Shown here piece by piece: positions 12,301-22,142 of a DNA stretch of 64,000 nt. The position numbers were made by a program, and so were the translations under genes. The stretch lies in NCBI GenBank assembly GCA_002633005.1, contig NMRA01000040.1, forward strand, positions 637,362-701,361. The letters are read 5' to 3'. Source of the stretch: Phoronis australis. Lineage: Eukaryota; Animalia; Phoronida. Under the pieces are notes generated by a model, which did not search any database, was not told the DNA's origin, and worked only from the letters and a program-made list of their open reading frames with translations. Positions within the stretch are counted from its first letter, which is position 1. Each line of letters begins with the position of its first letter.

Positions 12301-15300
12301 CCTGTTCGCTCTGTCAAATTACCGTGCTGACGGACTTCACCAAGCATTCTCGTTTTTGCCAAAGAGTGAGATGGACGTGAGACAAATCGAATTCGCCAAA
12401 GCCTACAAGCTGACACATACCACCGCGGAACCGGTGTCTTTCACAATTCCTAGAGTTAAGGTAATCTCTCTGCATTCTTAATTTTTGGCCAGTCACTACC
12501 CTAGGGCAATGTTGTTCTCTACCTTGCTACATTGCTTTGTGATTTCAGTTTGGATGCAATATTCAGGGCTTGGAATTTTCCGCGGAAACGCGGATTTCCG
12601 CTTTTTTCAAATGTTCTTTCCGCGCATTTTATTATATTTCCGCGTAAAAAAAATCGGATTTGATATAAAATTTCCGCGGCAAATTCCTTTCTTACCGCGG
12701 CGTTGCCGACGACGTTCACCTCGAAAAGCGGAAGTTGCTCTTTATGTTTCGGAGGAACGTAAATTGTCAACATTGCCGGGGCATCTGGGATAGTGTGGTG
12801 GGATTTTCAGTGGCGTCCCGTGTGATTGTAAACCACGGTGACAAATACTACGGCTCTGCAGCCAAAAATGTGTGGGGGTCGGAGTGGATGGACGAGATAA
12901 AAAGACGCAGACGCATGCTACTGATGGCGGTAACGTTTTTTGTTTTAGTCCTACCGATTTTTGTCGGCGAAAGGTTCACATTGACTATTTCAAGGCTGGG
13001 TAGCGCGCATGTTTTGGGCCGTAAAAGTTTCCGCGTTTTTTGTCATTGGTCATTCCAAGCCCTGAATATTTCTTTTGGGTGCCAATGCTTTGGCAGGCTT
13101 GACTGGGGGCCTACCCTTAGCCATGGTAAAAAAGCAGCATATCATTTGTGAACATTTGTTATTTGGACATTATTGTCAAGCTTGTCACTATTTACCTGTA
13201 TTAGTGACAAATGAATGTATATTAGTACTTGATATTGCAATATTTTGATTTTAGTGTTTTATGTCCATTATTCATTTACTGGCTTGTCAAATTAAGTTCA
13301 CAATACGACTTAGATTGTTTTCATGCAGTTAATATTTTCAATTTTTTTATTTTATCCGACAATCCTTGAAACATTATTAAATGGGAATTACATTCATGTT
13401 ATTTACAGAAGGAGTATTTCCAAGACGATATATTCCCACCGACCAAAGTGACTTGGGAGCCATCTATGAGTGCTTCAGAGTGGTTCTCAGGCACTAACAA
13501 ACCAGCAAAGAGGATTAGCTTGAAGCCAAGTGATATGGAGATGTGTATGTTGGCATGACGATGATTGTCAGTGTGCCTTGAAGTTGGCATTTTGTAGTTT
13601 GTGAAACTGCACTTTCCCCTCCGTAACGCTGAACGTTTGTTATGGTGTGCTTGGTTTACCCATTTCGAATTTTGCCAATAACGCATGTTAAATTGCATTT
13701 TGAAACATTCCAAGTGCACACAAGATGCACTCTTCTCAGTTTGTGACAAAATAATATTAGCTCAGAAACGCACTTAGAAATGGCTTTTTACAATTTGATA
13801 GACTATCAGCTTCTAGTGTAACATGATACGAACGGTTTTCCATTGAGTGTTTAGAGCTTCTCCGTTCAGTCTGGCATGTTCCTTTTCCACTGTGTTATCA
13901 AAACTCAACTGTTGTGTCACACACAGCTGAAGGCCTAGTCAATCTACAATATAGTTTTAGAGTGTGAAGGCATGTACAGAAACAACTGTTTATTTTTGTG
14001 GTAGTATTGATCATTGCTAAGTAATTTGGAAGAATGATGCGTGGCAAAACATTTTTAATGGACAAAATGTATACCACTTGTCTGTTCTGTTTCCAGTAAA
14101 CAAGGCACCTGTGGAAGCGCCGAGAGTGTCCAAGTTTGAATCGTACAATCCTGAAACTTTCAAGACTGACAGCGAGAAGAAGGAGGAGGTGCGTGCCAAT
14201 GTATTAGTTGCCGTGTTGACTGTGCTGTTCCAGTTTTTGTGACTGTTTACTCTGGTTGTCTGAGATCGAATATTACTAAATTGTAAGAGCATTTTTGTCA
14301 TTGCAGTAACTACTCTTTTAATTAAAAAAACATGGAAAACAAATCAATAATGCTGTTTTTTGTAGCTCTGCATGTTGTACTAGAAAAAAAACTTTATAAA
14401 TTCATACAAATTAGGTTTATGTCATTGTCACTTGTGCAAAAATGATTAGTTGATTAGTTAATGTGCACAAAATGATCAGTTGATTAGTTAATTAAGAATA
14501 GAATAGAACAAATGAGATCGCCCTTTTTGTAGCATGGTGATGTTAGTAGACTGTAGCCTCAACTGATTTGGTCTCTGCTTTCTCCATTTCCAGCTGATTG
14601 GTGCCATGATGTCTAAACTAGATGACCACACTGATAAGCCCCTTCCTCAGGACTTGGCAGAAGGTGTAGACGAAGACGAATGGGTAAGTAAAGTAGTTCA
14701 AACAAGTTGACTAGTAATTGTAATTTTTTATCTATTTGAATTTAATTTCAGTTGGAAAAAATAACTAAACACTCATTACACAACCCGTCCCCCAAATTAC
14801 TGACCGTCAAGGTAGTGAGGATTTGGTTAGATTAGTTTATGATAATGCCTGTGGCAAAGACACTAAGGATTGTCTGTGCGAATAGAAACCCACAGATTTC
14901 TAACTAGACTGTTAATGACTCACTGTACCCAGGAGGGAAAGCAGTGGTTTTGTCTTGTAGTTTATACAGAAATACAAAATCAGGCATGTGCTGTGTAGAC
15001 TCCACTGAACTCATATTCCATCTTATTCAGCACCCTATAAACTTTGAGGTTCTGCCAATTGTAATATTTTGAACATTCTGGGAATTTCTCATGGAAAACC
15101 ACGGAATTGTGTTAAGAAATTCTGTTTGAACCGTACACGCGTTTTACTGATAAGACGTAACTACTTCGTATAATGTGTCATCGATCATGCTGGTGTAAGG
15201 TTGCATCTGTTTATCCACCCTGAAGTTGAATGGCCAGTGTAAGGTTGCATCTGTTTATCCACCCTGAAGTTGAATGGCCAGTGGATGAACCTTTTGTACC

Positions 15301-17958
15301 ACACTGTTACAGATGAACTACATGTATTGTCATGCCAGAATTTTCTATCATTAATCCAGGTACATCAGTAGTTATGAGAATGATAGATCTTGATGCATTA
15401 TGGGTTTTGTACTGTTGACTTCGTGTTGGGTAAACTTGACTTCTGAAATGTCAGTCTTGTTCGCAAAGCTGTTTTTAAGGATGCATTCAATATGAAAGCA
15501 GGTCGCTTGTAGTAATTGTTTCTCAGAAGTGTTTGACTTGTCAGCGAGCCTGAACACACGCGGTGTTTTTTGAAGAATAAACGAGCTTTTTGTTTTTGTT
15601 TAGCTTTCTTTGGTTAGCCTGTGCATGTTACATTAGTGCACTCTGTTCTTGTTATCAAAGGAGCAGCTTTGTAGTATAATATTGCGTTTGTATTGAAGAC
15701 ATCTCGGGTTGTAGTTTTGTGCATGGGTCGGCTTATCTGTTGAAGACAAATGCTCAAAGTTTGACTGATAACTATAACATCTAGTTTATCAATAACTAGT
15801 GCTTATGTGTTTTTTGCCTTGTCTGTTGCTGAACAGTGTTTTCTTTTTATTTTTACTGATCGTATTGTCTAGTAAATTAGCGTTGGAAGTTTACACTAAT
15901 TTGCATACAAATTTCTATATAATTGTGTTTCCATGTACCACGTGTTTACTGCGATGTCCTGTGGGATAACATGAAATAATTTGCGAATTTATAATTTCAA
16001 AGTAAGAAATAAATTATAATTTAAAATTTCGATTAGTCCAACCTTGGAGTCAAACTGGTGGTTACCTGCATTCCTTGAAGGAGCTCTGTACCAACTAAAC
16101 TATACAGACACCACATCAAGTTAGCTTGTTCTCCAGACTAGAGAAGCAATACATAACATTGTATTTGTGTTGACTTCTGCAGATTCTCATACAGCAGATT
16201 TGCTCAATAACTGTGGCCGAGGCCTACACTTTGCTACTGCAGGTGATACAAATTCCTAACCCTTCCCTCCTTGATAGACACCAACTATGATCCGAACCAT
16301 TGTATTTTCAGTGTAGGCGATGGTTGTAGTTTGCCATCAATGTCCAACTTTTGAATGTTAGTATTCCAGTCATCTGAAACTCAAATAGTCTGTATTACAA
16401 TGTGTAACCTGTTACCATGACCTTTTCTGTGACTAGCGGCCACTTCAGTTGCTAAGGGACAGGCTCATGTCTTTGATTTGAGTAGTATTGTCCAGGTGGG
16501 CATAGTTGACCATCACTAACAAATTATATCCCGTGGCTATGATTGGTAAAAATAGATATCTTCTATAATTGACTGTTTCGCTCATACTCGCTAATGAATT
16601 GCCTACCATACACATAAAATGTGGCAGCAATTGACACTGAGTATGGTTGGCCACTAGATACGATGGTATTGTTGGAAATATGTTTTGAGAATCAGGGCCA
16701 ACCATAGACGGAACGAAATCTGCTAAACCTTTCTTTGAGATCTTGGGGGCTCTGTCTCATCTATAACTAAAAGGGTGTATCACTATACTTTTAAAATCCA
16801 GACCAATGCAATACTTAGGCATCTGGGAAAATAGATATCCAAGGCAATGCCAACTCTACCTTAGGCAATACCATTTTTTTTTGACAATACCTGAGAAGAC
16901 AAAATGTCCACACAAGATGATACTTGAAAAGGCAGACCACCCACTTGAGAGAATGCCTGAGGCTGAAACATCCTTTTGAGCTGGCATTGGACGCATACCA
17001 GCTCATCCTATGGGGAACACTTGCAGTCACATTAATTGTGGTCAATCATTTGCGAATTAATTTTGTCAAAATACACCTGGGCAGTGATGTCCAACCCATC
17101 ATTACTCATCTATCACCTGGCCATCAATCAAAGCAATACTCAATGTAAAAGTCCAATGTGTCCATGGGCCTCAACTCATTTTGACCTATAGTTTATAGTG
17201 GACTTCTTTCAATAACCTCACTACAGTTGGTAGCCATTCTTATTTCCACTTAAAATATTTATCTCTGCTACCATATAATAGATATTTTGTAATGTCTTCT
17301 ATCATCTCTCCATCTGTTTTCGTTTACTGTGACATTGCAGTTGCAGTATGACCTTACCCTGAACCTTTCAACTTCTTTAGAGGATGGTTCTGTGTCATTT
17401 AAAAAAAATAAGCAATTTTTTTGACAAATTGATAATTCATAATTTGTTCTTAAATATTTGTACTTTGTGTGACAGTTATTTAATATACGTACTCATTGGA
17501 AATGCCCCCTAGGATGTCAATTATCTTTCTGATGTATCTCATTCTACACAAAGTTCATATTGCACCCCTAGGGTAATGGCCAAGGTTTTGTCTTAAGGTG
17601 CTACGAACCCACTTCTTTAGAAGATAACAAATTGCTTTTAATTCATACAACTTATCAAAATAAAGTTGAACTCGTTTTTATACTCACATCAGATGTGTTT
17701 TCTGAACAAGGAACTGACCAGGGTCAGTAATTTCTGACTTGACTTGACCTACATAGTTATTTCATGGCCTCCCCAAACCCAGAAATCACTTCAAATAAGT
17801 GGATAAGTAAGAAATTGAGAACAGTTTTATAACATATTATCTTATTTGATCAAAAATTTTTTTTGCGGAATGCAGATTCATTTCAGCTTCGAAAAATTTT
17901 ACTGTCTCATTTATTAAAATAACATTTTTGTCTTTTTCTTCAATTGCAGGATGATTAG
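380..17958 (+). CDS. CORO7: Coronin-7 (tandem coronin, POD-1-like), 5'-partial; 19 coding exons in window
   Basis: Phase-consistent exons: 380-507, 1294-1380, 1653-1735, 3130-3184, 3816-4016, 4467-4562, 4987-5469, 5784-5952, 6944-7122, 7518-7713, 8763-8905, 9191-9295, 10011-10096, 10857-10995, 12254-12460, 13409-13544, 14097-14188, 14594-14683, 17950-17958. Translation gives WD40/coronin motifs twice (TCKDKKIRLFDPR, PLYDPDS, YIVPRKNYREFHADIFPDT; then VRVSKCRHLKG, DFTWDPFD, RFHPLAKDVL, PFYDEDT, FTIPRVKKEYFQDDIFP) and the CORO7 acidic tail PLPQDLAEGVDEDEWDD*. The start codon lies upstream of the window. Confidence 0.96.
2371..2417. repeat. Dispersed repeat fragment, second copy inverted at 10223-10269
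   Basis: acacgagggacctgctacaggtgaaaattcaatccaaaacctaatta matches the reverse complement of 10223-10269 (acacgatggacctagtacaggtgaaaattcaagccaaaacccaatta) with about 5 mismatches. Confidence 0.75.
2452..2718. mobile_element. Non-autonomous TIR element (MITE) in CORO7 intron
   Basis: Imperfect ~28-bp TIRs (ctggggcctgttccaagaaacttactta vs reverse complement caggggcttgttcaaagagaactgactta) and internal aaacttaagt repeats. Confidence 0.65.
6184..6751. mobile_element. Probable Tc1/mariner-type MITE relic
   Basis: Left end TA-CAGGGTGTGCCA and right end TGGGACACTCC-TA resemble the TA-CAGGGTGTCCCA terminus of mariner/pogo MITEs. Interior is degenerate and non-coding. Confidence 0.45.
7956..8003 (-). 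ncRNA. Identical hammerhead ribozyme on the minus strand (inverted pLTR)
   Basis: Exact reverse complement of 8423-8470. Confidence 0.85.
8031..8342 (+). CDS. PLE-type GIY-YIG endonuclease domain (103 aa, no RT)
   Basis: VVYKFICAGCGSSYIGETVRHLKTRTKEH...IREALHI...PNLN has the GIY(VVY)/YIG motifs, CxxC plus His Zn ligands, and the catalytic R, E and N positions of Penelope endonucleases. No stops or frameshifts. Expression is unknown. Confidence 0.88.
   Translation: MGLRSKVVYKFICAGCGSSYIGETVRHLKTRTKEHLNSDSNSHVNIHLQSSNHCYQQCSFNDFAIIDQAVTTKELKIREALHISWCKPNLNRQLTHHRLSLLV
8423..8470 (+). ncRNA. Minimal type I hammerhead ribozyme (PLE type)
   Basis: GACTT-CTGAGGA-T-GGTGT-ttaataaatg-ACACC-GAAAC-AT-GTC-AAGTT. 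Stem I is GACTT/AAGTT, the core is CUGAGGA and GAAA, stem II is GGTGT/ACACC, and stem III is palindromic (ACATGT). Predicted GUC cleavage after 8465. Confidence 0.85.
11100..11540. mobile_element. Possible degenerate Helentron/HINE-like relic
   Basis: Degenerate (GT)n/(GCTT)n tract followed by ccgatcaaaatgaaatt and tttggtcaaatttgg motifs reminiscent of DINE-1/HINE elements. Ends not resolved. Confidence 0.3.
12564..13064. mobile_element. Non-autonomous DNA transposon with CAGGGCTTGGAAT TIRs (hAT/P-like), copy 1
   Basis: 13-bp perfect TIR CAGGGCTTGGAAT...ATTCCAAGCCCTG, flanked on both sides by AATATT. Subterminal TTTCCGCG repeats; interior CpG-rich and undecayed. Confidence 0.85.
14433..14492. 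repeat. Tandem duplication, ~30-bp unit x2
   Basis: tgtgca(c)aaaatgat(t/c)agttgattagttaa occurs twice in tandem. Confidence 0.8.
15193..15283. repeat. Perfect tandem duplication, 44-bp unit x2
   Basis: gtgtaaggttgcatctgtttatccaccctgaagttgaatggcca at 15193-15236 and 15237-15280. Confidence 0.95.
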
Positions 17959-18320
17959 CTTGGTGAAGATAGTCTTAGTACGCTTGACTATTGGAGGACT
18001 GAGCTTGTTAATTAGATGTCTACTTCAGATTTGTTTCCGTGCAAGGATCTTTGTGTAATATTACTACTACTTAGAAATCATACTAATGGTTGTATCCTAT
18101 GTGCTGTGACAGATAAGTATTTCTAGAGGGTATATTAGACACTGAGAATCACTTGGTGCTTTTGTTTCTCCTGCTTCATTTCTGTTTTGTTGAAAAAGTT
18201 GATGAGGGCTAGTATCATAGCGCTTGATCAACAGTTGGTTGGATACTGTAATGCATGGTGCAGGTGAGTCACCCTTTCATGGACTTATGGCCTGATGAAT
18301 TGGTCTTCTGCAGTTGGAAG

Positions 18321-18559
18321 CAGGACTGGGAATCTTCCTCTTTAAAGAGGATTTTCTCTTTTTTAGTTTGGATTTCCTTTTATAATATTTGATTTTTAGT
18401 TTCCTCTTTTTTCATCTCTTTTTATCATAATGGCCATTTCGACTTTATTCATATTTGTGCAAAAACGTTAAAATATTTCTATCAAACAAGCCTATATGTG
18501 GAATGATGCATCGCCAGAAAATTTTTCCACGTTTTTGTCATTGGTCATTCCAAGCCCTG
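18321..18559 (+). mobile_element. CAGGGCTTGGAAT-family MITE, copy 2 (downstream of CORO7 stop)
   Basis: Right end tttttgtcattggtcattccaagccctg is identical to the end of copy 1. Left end caggactgggaatcttcc is degenerate. Flanks ttggaag/tgggaag are TSD-like. Confidence 0.8.
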
Positions 18560-19285
18560 TGGGAAGTTAAGTATGCAGAGCCAGGGTTTAAATCCTCATA
18601 CAAGGATTCAAGTTGTTTTTATCAAGCATTAAAGGCCCTAATTCTTGTCTGATCTATTGCTGCGTGGTTGTAGTACATTTAAGTCTCATCTGTTTCTAAA
18701 GTTGATGTTTTTCAGCTTTCAAAGGGTTCAGACATGGATGTGAATTCCCACAATTTCTCAAAACATGTCCTGGTCATAGATGTGGCATAGAACTTAAAAA
18801 TGATGAAGCATTTATTTGGTACTTCTAATCTTTTATGAAAAAAATCAACTTGTTACCTTTCCTCTATATTTTGTCCTGAATAAGCGAGATTTTACCATAA
18901 CTGTATTCTGGCATATTGTAAATCACTTATCCTTAAAAGCAGCCTGTTGTGCCATCTTTGAAACCATTGTTGCTGTTCATATTCTAGAGTGGAACTCTTT
19001 AATGTCTTTTTTCAATATTGGCGACTTCACATTTCTAGTATGCAAAGTGGATTGAATGGAGTTTGATTGCTTAAAGCGTTGAGAGTCTCCGCTGCTTACT
19101 TCATTTATTCCAATTAAAGTATGAGATTTCAGCTTGACCTAATTAATGCCAGATGGGACTTTACATTAAGGATATCACTGTTACAGAATTATGGAAAAAA
19201 TATTAAACCATCATACTGTGCTTGTTTATTGACACATGCTCATCCTGTCCAGAAATGACCAGCTGCATTGCTAAAGATGTGAGGT

Positions 19286-19527
19286 CAGGGCTTGTAATGA
19301 CCAGTGACGAAAAAAGAGGATAATTTTCCAGGTGATGTGTCATTCCACAAATAAATAGGCTCATGTGAAAGAAATATTTTTTTGTGTTGTAAAATTTAAC
19401 TGAAATAAACGTTTTGCATGTCTTGAGTAAAATCAAAATGATAAAGAGGAAACAAGAAATCAAGTAAGCAGAAATCGAAGTCAAAAACGAGGAAATCATG
19501 ATTGAAAGAGGAAAATTCCAAGCCCTG
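19286..19527 (-). mobile_element. CAGGGCTTGGAAT-family MITE, copy 3, inverted relative to copy 2
   Basis: cagggcttgtaatgaccagtgac...gaggaaaattccaagccctg. The reverse complement aligns to copy 2 at both ends (roughly three-quarters identity by eye). Confidence 0.8.
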
Positions 19528-21495
19528 CATGTGCAATGGAGAGAGAGTGCCGCATCAAATGATTCTTAGTACATTGTTGTTATTGACTAACACTTGGTAT
19601 TGTTCTGTTCTTGTTAATTCTTTCATTGTTAACATTTCTTGTTTAGTTGTTATATTGTTGTGATAAAGTATTATATAAGGGTAATTGTTTTGCAGAAACG
19701 ATTGAGATTATCTATAGTGTGAGAGAACAAATTTTATTCAGAGCTATGCGTGATTTTGTTGTTTACTAAAACTGAAATAGTGATGTAGGCGTCTGTTGTA
19801 GGTTAGGTGTTAATCAAGTTTTAACTAATTATTAAAGAAATTTTATTGATGAAAATTAGAGGTGCTTAATTCCAAAGTTTACAATTTTTGTTTTTTTATG
19901 TTTCATTTCTGAAAACATTGTACGCCTTGAAGGTATTGGAATTCTTGTCCATTGAGTTTGTTGCAGACTTAGTAACTCATAATGTGTCCTACCCTGTAAA
20001 TGCTTCACCCACATTGCCATTAGTTGGAGTTGTTTTTTGTTTAGAGAAAATGGAAACAATTTGTTTATTGCTCATGTAAATTGTCTTCCAAACGAGCACC
20101 TTGCTCAGTTTACACGGTTTAGAAGATTTTCTTCTTTTTCACATCAAACTGCATTTTTGCATCAAACTGCATTTACTTAAAAGCCGCATGCAGCACCAAA
20201 GTAATTACGAACATTGGGAGTGGTACACAGATTATTGAAGAGGGTTTTCAGTGAAGGAATTTGCTTTTTAAATTTACACCAATTGGTCATAGATTATGAA
20301 GTTAAGAGTTTCTTGGATTTCATATGTGGCAAGAATTCCCACTGAATTTTTCAACTTACTGCAGTATGGCTTTAAATTATCAGTTAGAAGTGTAATGTGT
20401 TTAAACTAACGTGTCAAGCATCTCCTGTCAAATGTCCCTCGCAAGAAACAGTTGGAGACTTAAGTAAGAACTAAGGACTTATATTCACAACTACACATTT
20501 TCTGTTATTTTTTTATCATATCATATCAACAAATGAAAGTTTGTTACACTTTTGTATTCATACGGATGTGCTTGTAATATTTTATATCAAGGCTAACTAT
20601 GTGTATATGCTTTGCACAGCAACTATGTATCTCGATATTTATGATATATAAATCAATTGTTAATAACCATATTTCATTTTTGTTTGTCTATACCAAGTGA
20701 CTCACACAGCTCGCCTTTGTATTTAACAATCATTTGGCAAAAAGTCCAAAACTACATCAATGGTGAATTTTCTATTTCACCATGTGGTGTCTCCATGGCC
20801 ATTGGTTGCTTCACATTTCAAATACACTACACAATAACACAAGACATGTCTTGAAAATCGCCAAAACCTTGTTAAGATTTTTTCTTTCCTAACGACTCTG
20901 ATGAGGGACTAAAGAAATAGAAATTTTGTTATACAATTAAAGTTCCTTTCATTAGCAGCACTACATTCGTACTGTAAAGCTGTGAGCAATGTTTAGTTAA
21001 CTTTTAAGCTCCTGCAGCAGTGTAACAAGCCTTCGAAAAATGAAATTTTAACAACACTGTTTTCGTGTGAAGTGGAAGAACTTAAAATAGACAATTTTAT
21101 TGTAACAAATCTGGTTACAACCACGACTTAATTTGTATTTTAATGAACAATACATGTACACACTATAGTACATAGTGATTAATCACGTTTTATGGTTGTA
21201 CAATATCAACCGACTTTAGATGTTTCAAATTTCTGCCCAAAACAGTAACTCTGTCATTAGCCTGATGAGCCAGAGTCGGATTTTGGCTCAAGTCTGATAA
21301 TTCTGTTCCGTGGTAGTTCCAGTTTGTGCACTTAGGCTTTCGAGTCGAATTTCGCCTTCTTGAAAAAATTTTGTGGTCAGGCTGGATACAACAAGAATTT
21401 GCCTCCCGCAGGACCTCAGCTTGTTGACTGAATACAGTTCCTGACTTAACGAAGCAAATTTCATACAACACCATCAAGTTGTAATGGACGTGTTC

Positions 21496-21726
21496 GACCG
21501 GCTCAGTATATGGACATCCTCAGAATGAGGTTGGACTTATGATCATGTGATATTTCACACATCGGAGATTGTAGAATGATGTCAGATAAATCGTAACATT
21601 GGTAAATATTCTCTCCTGGAAATCTATGACATCAAATGATAATCTCGAAGGCAAGAAAACCCGTCACGTGACCCCACTTCCAATCACCAACCATTACTTT
21701 GGGGACGATCAGAGACTGAGTCGGTC
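21496..21726. mobile_element. Degenerate foldback MITE
   Basis: Termini gaccggctcagt and actgagtcggtc (1 mismatch), with weaker inverted similarity extending ~50 bp inward. Confidence 0.5.
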
Positions 21727-22142
21727 ATAAACATTAAAATTTATAGTAAGTTCTATCCCCATTATGTTGTATTAAACTCACTTTGCTTGTTGCGTACTAA
21801 TGAGATTAAGTGGCTGATCTGTTTTAAACTTAAAGGACGCACACAGACCTAAAACCATAACTAGGAATTCTTGTCAAGACAAGACAGAATAGTTTGGTTG
21901 TACCTGCTCTATGTACACTATACACATCCAGCTTGTATTTACAGAAAATATGTACACCATGAGATCTGCACACCACGTCTTAAATAGTTTACAGAAAATA
22001 ATTTATCTTAATAACACACATTCCCTTGCATGTCATGTCTCAGGTGCATACAATCCTTCGCAAGTATGACCAAGTAAACCTGTACGTAAATCATATTATA
22101 CACAAAGAAAACTGTGCATAATTTGAAATACAGTTCATTCAG

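Noticed and set aside
12485-13151. ORFs of 102, 84 and 138 aa as a possible transposase
   Set aside because: They lie in a 501-bp non-autonomous element and show no DDE, BED or THAP motifs.
20895-20935. CTGATGAGGGACTAAAG...GAAA hammerhead-like text
   Set aside because: No stem II or stem I pairing.
21262-21292. CTGATGA followed by a GAGCCAGAGTC/GATTTTGGCTC hairpin
   Set aside because: Lacks the GAAA core after stem II.
21483-21528. Minus-strand CTGAGGATG...CGAACACGTC resembling the PLE hammerhead
   Set aside because: GAAA is incomplete, stem II is mismatched and there is no stem I; it overlaps a MITE arm.
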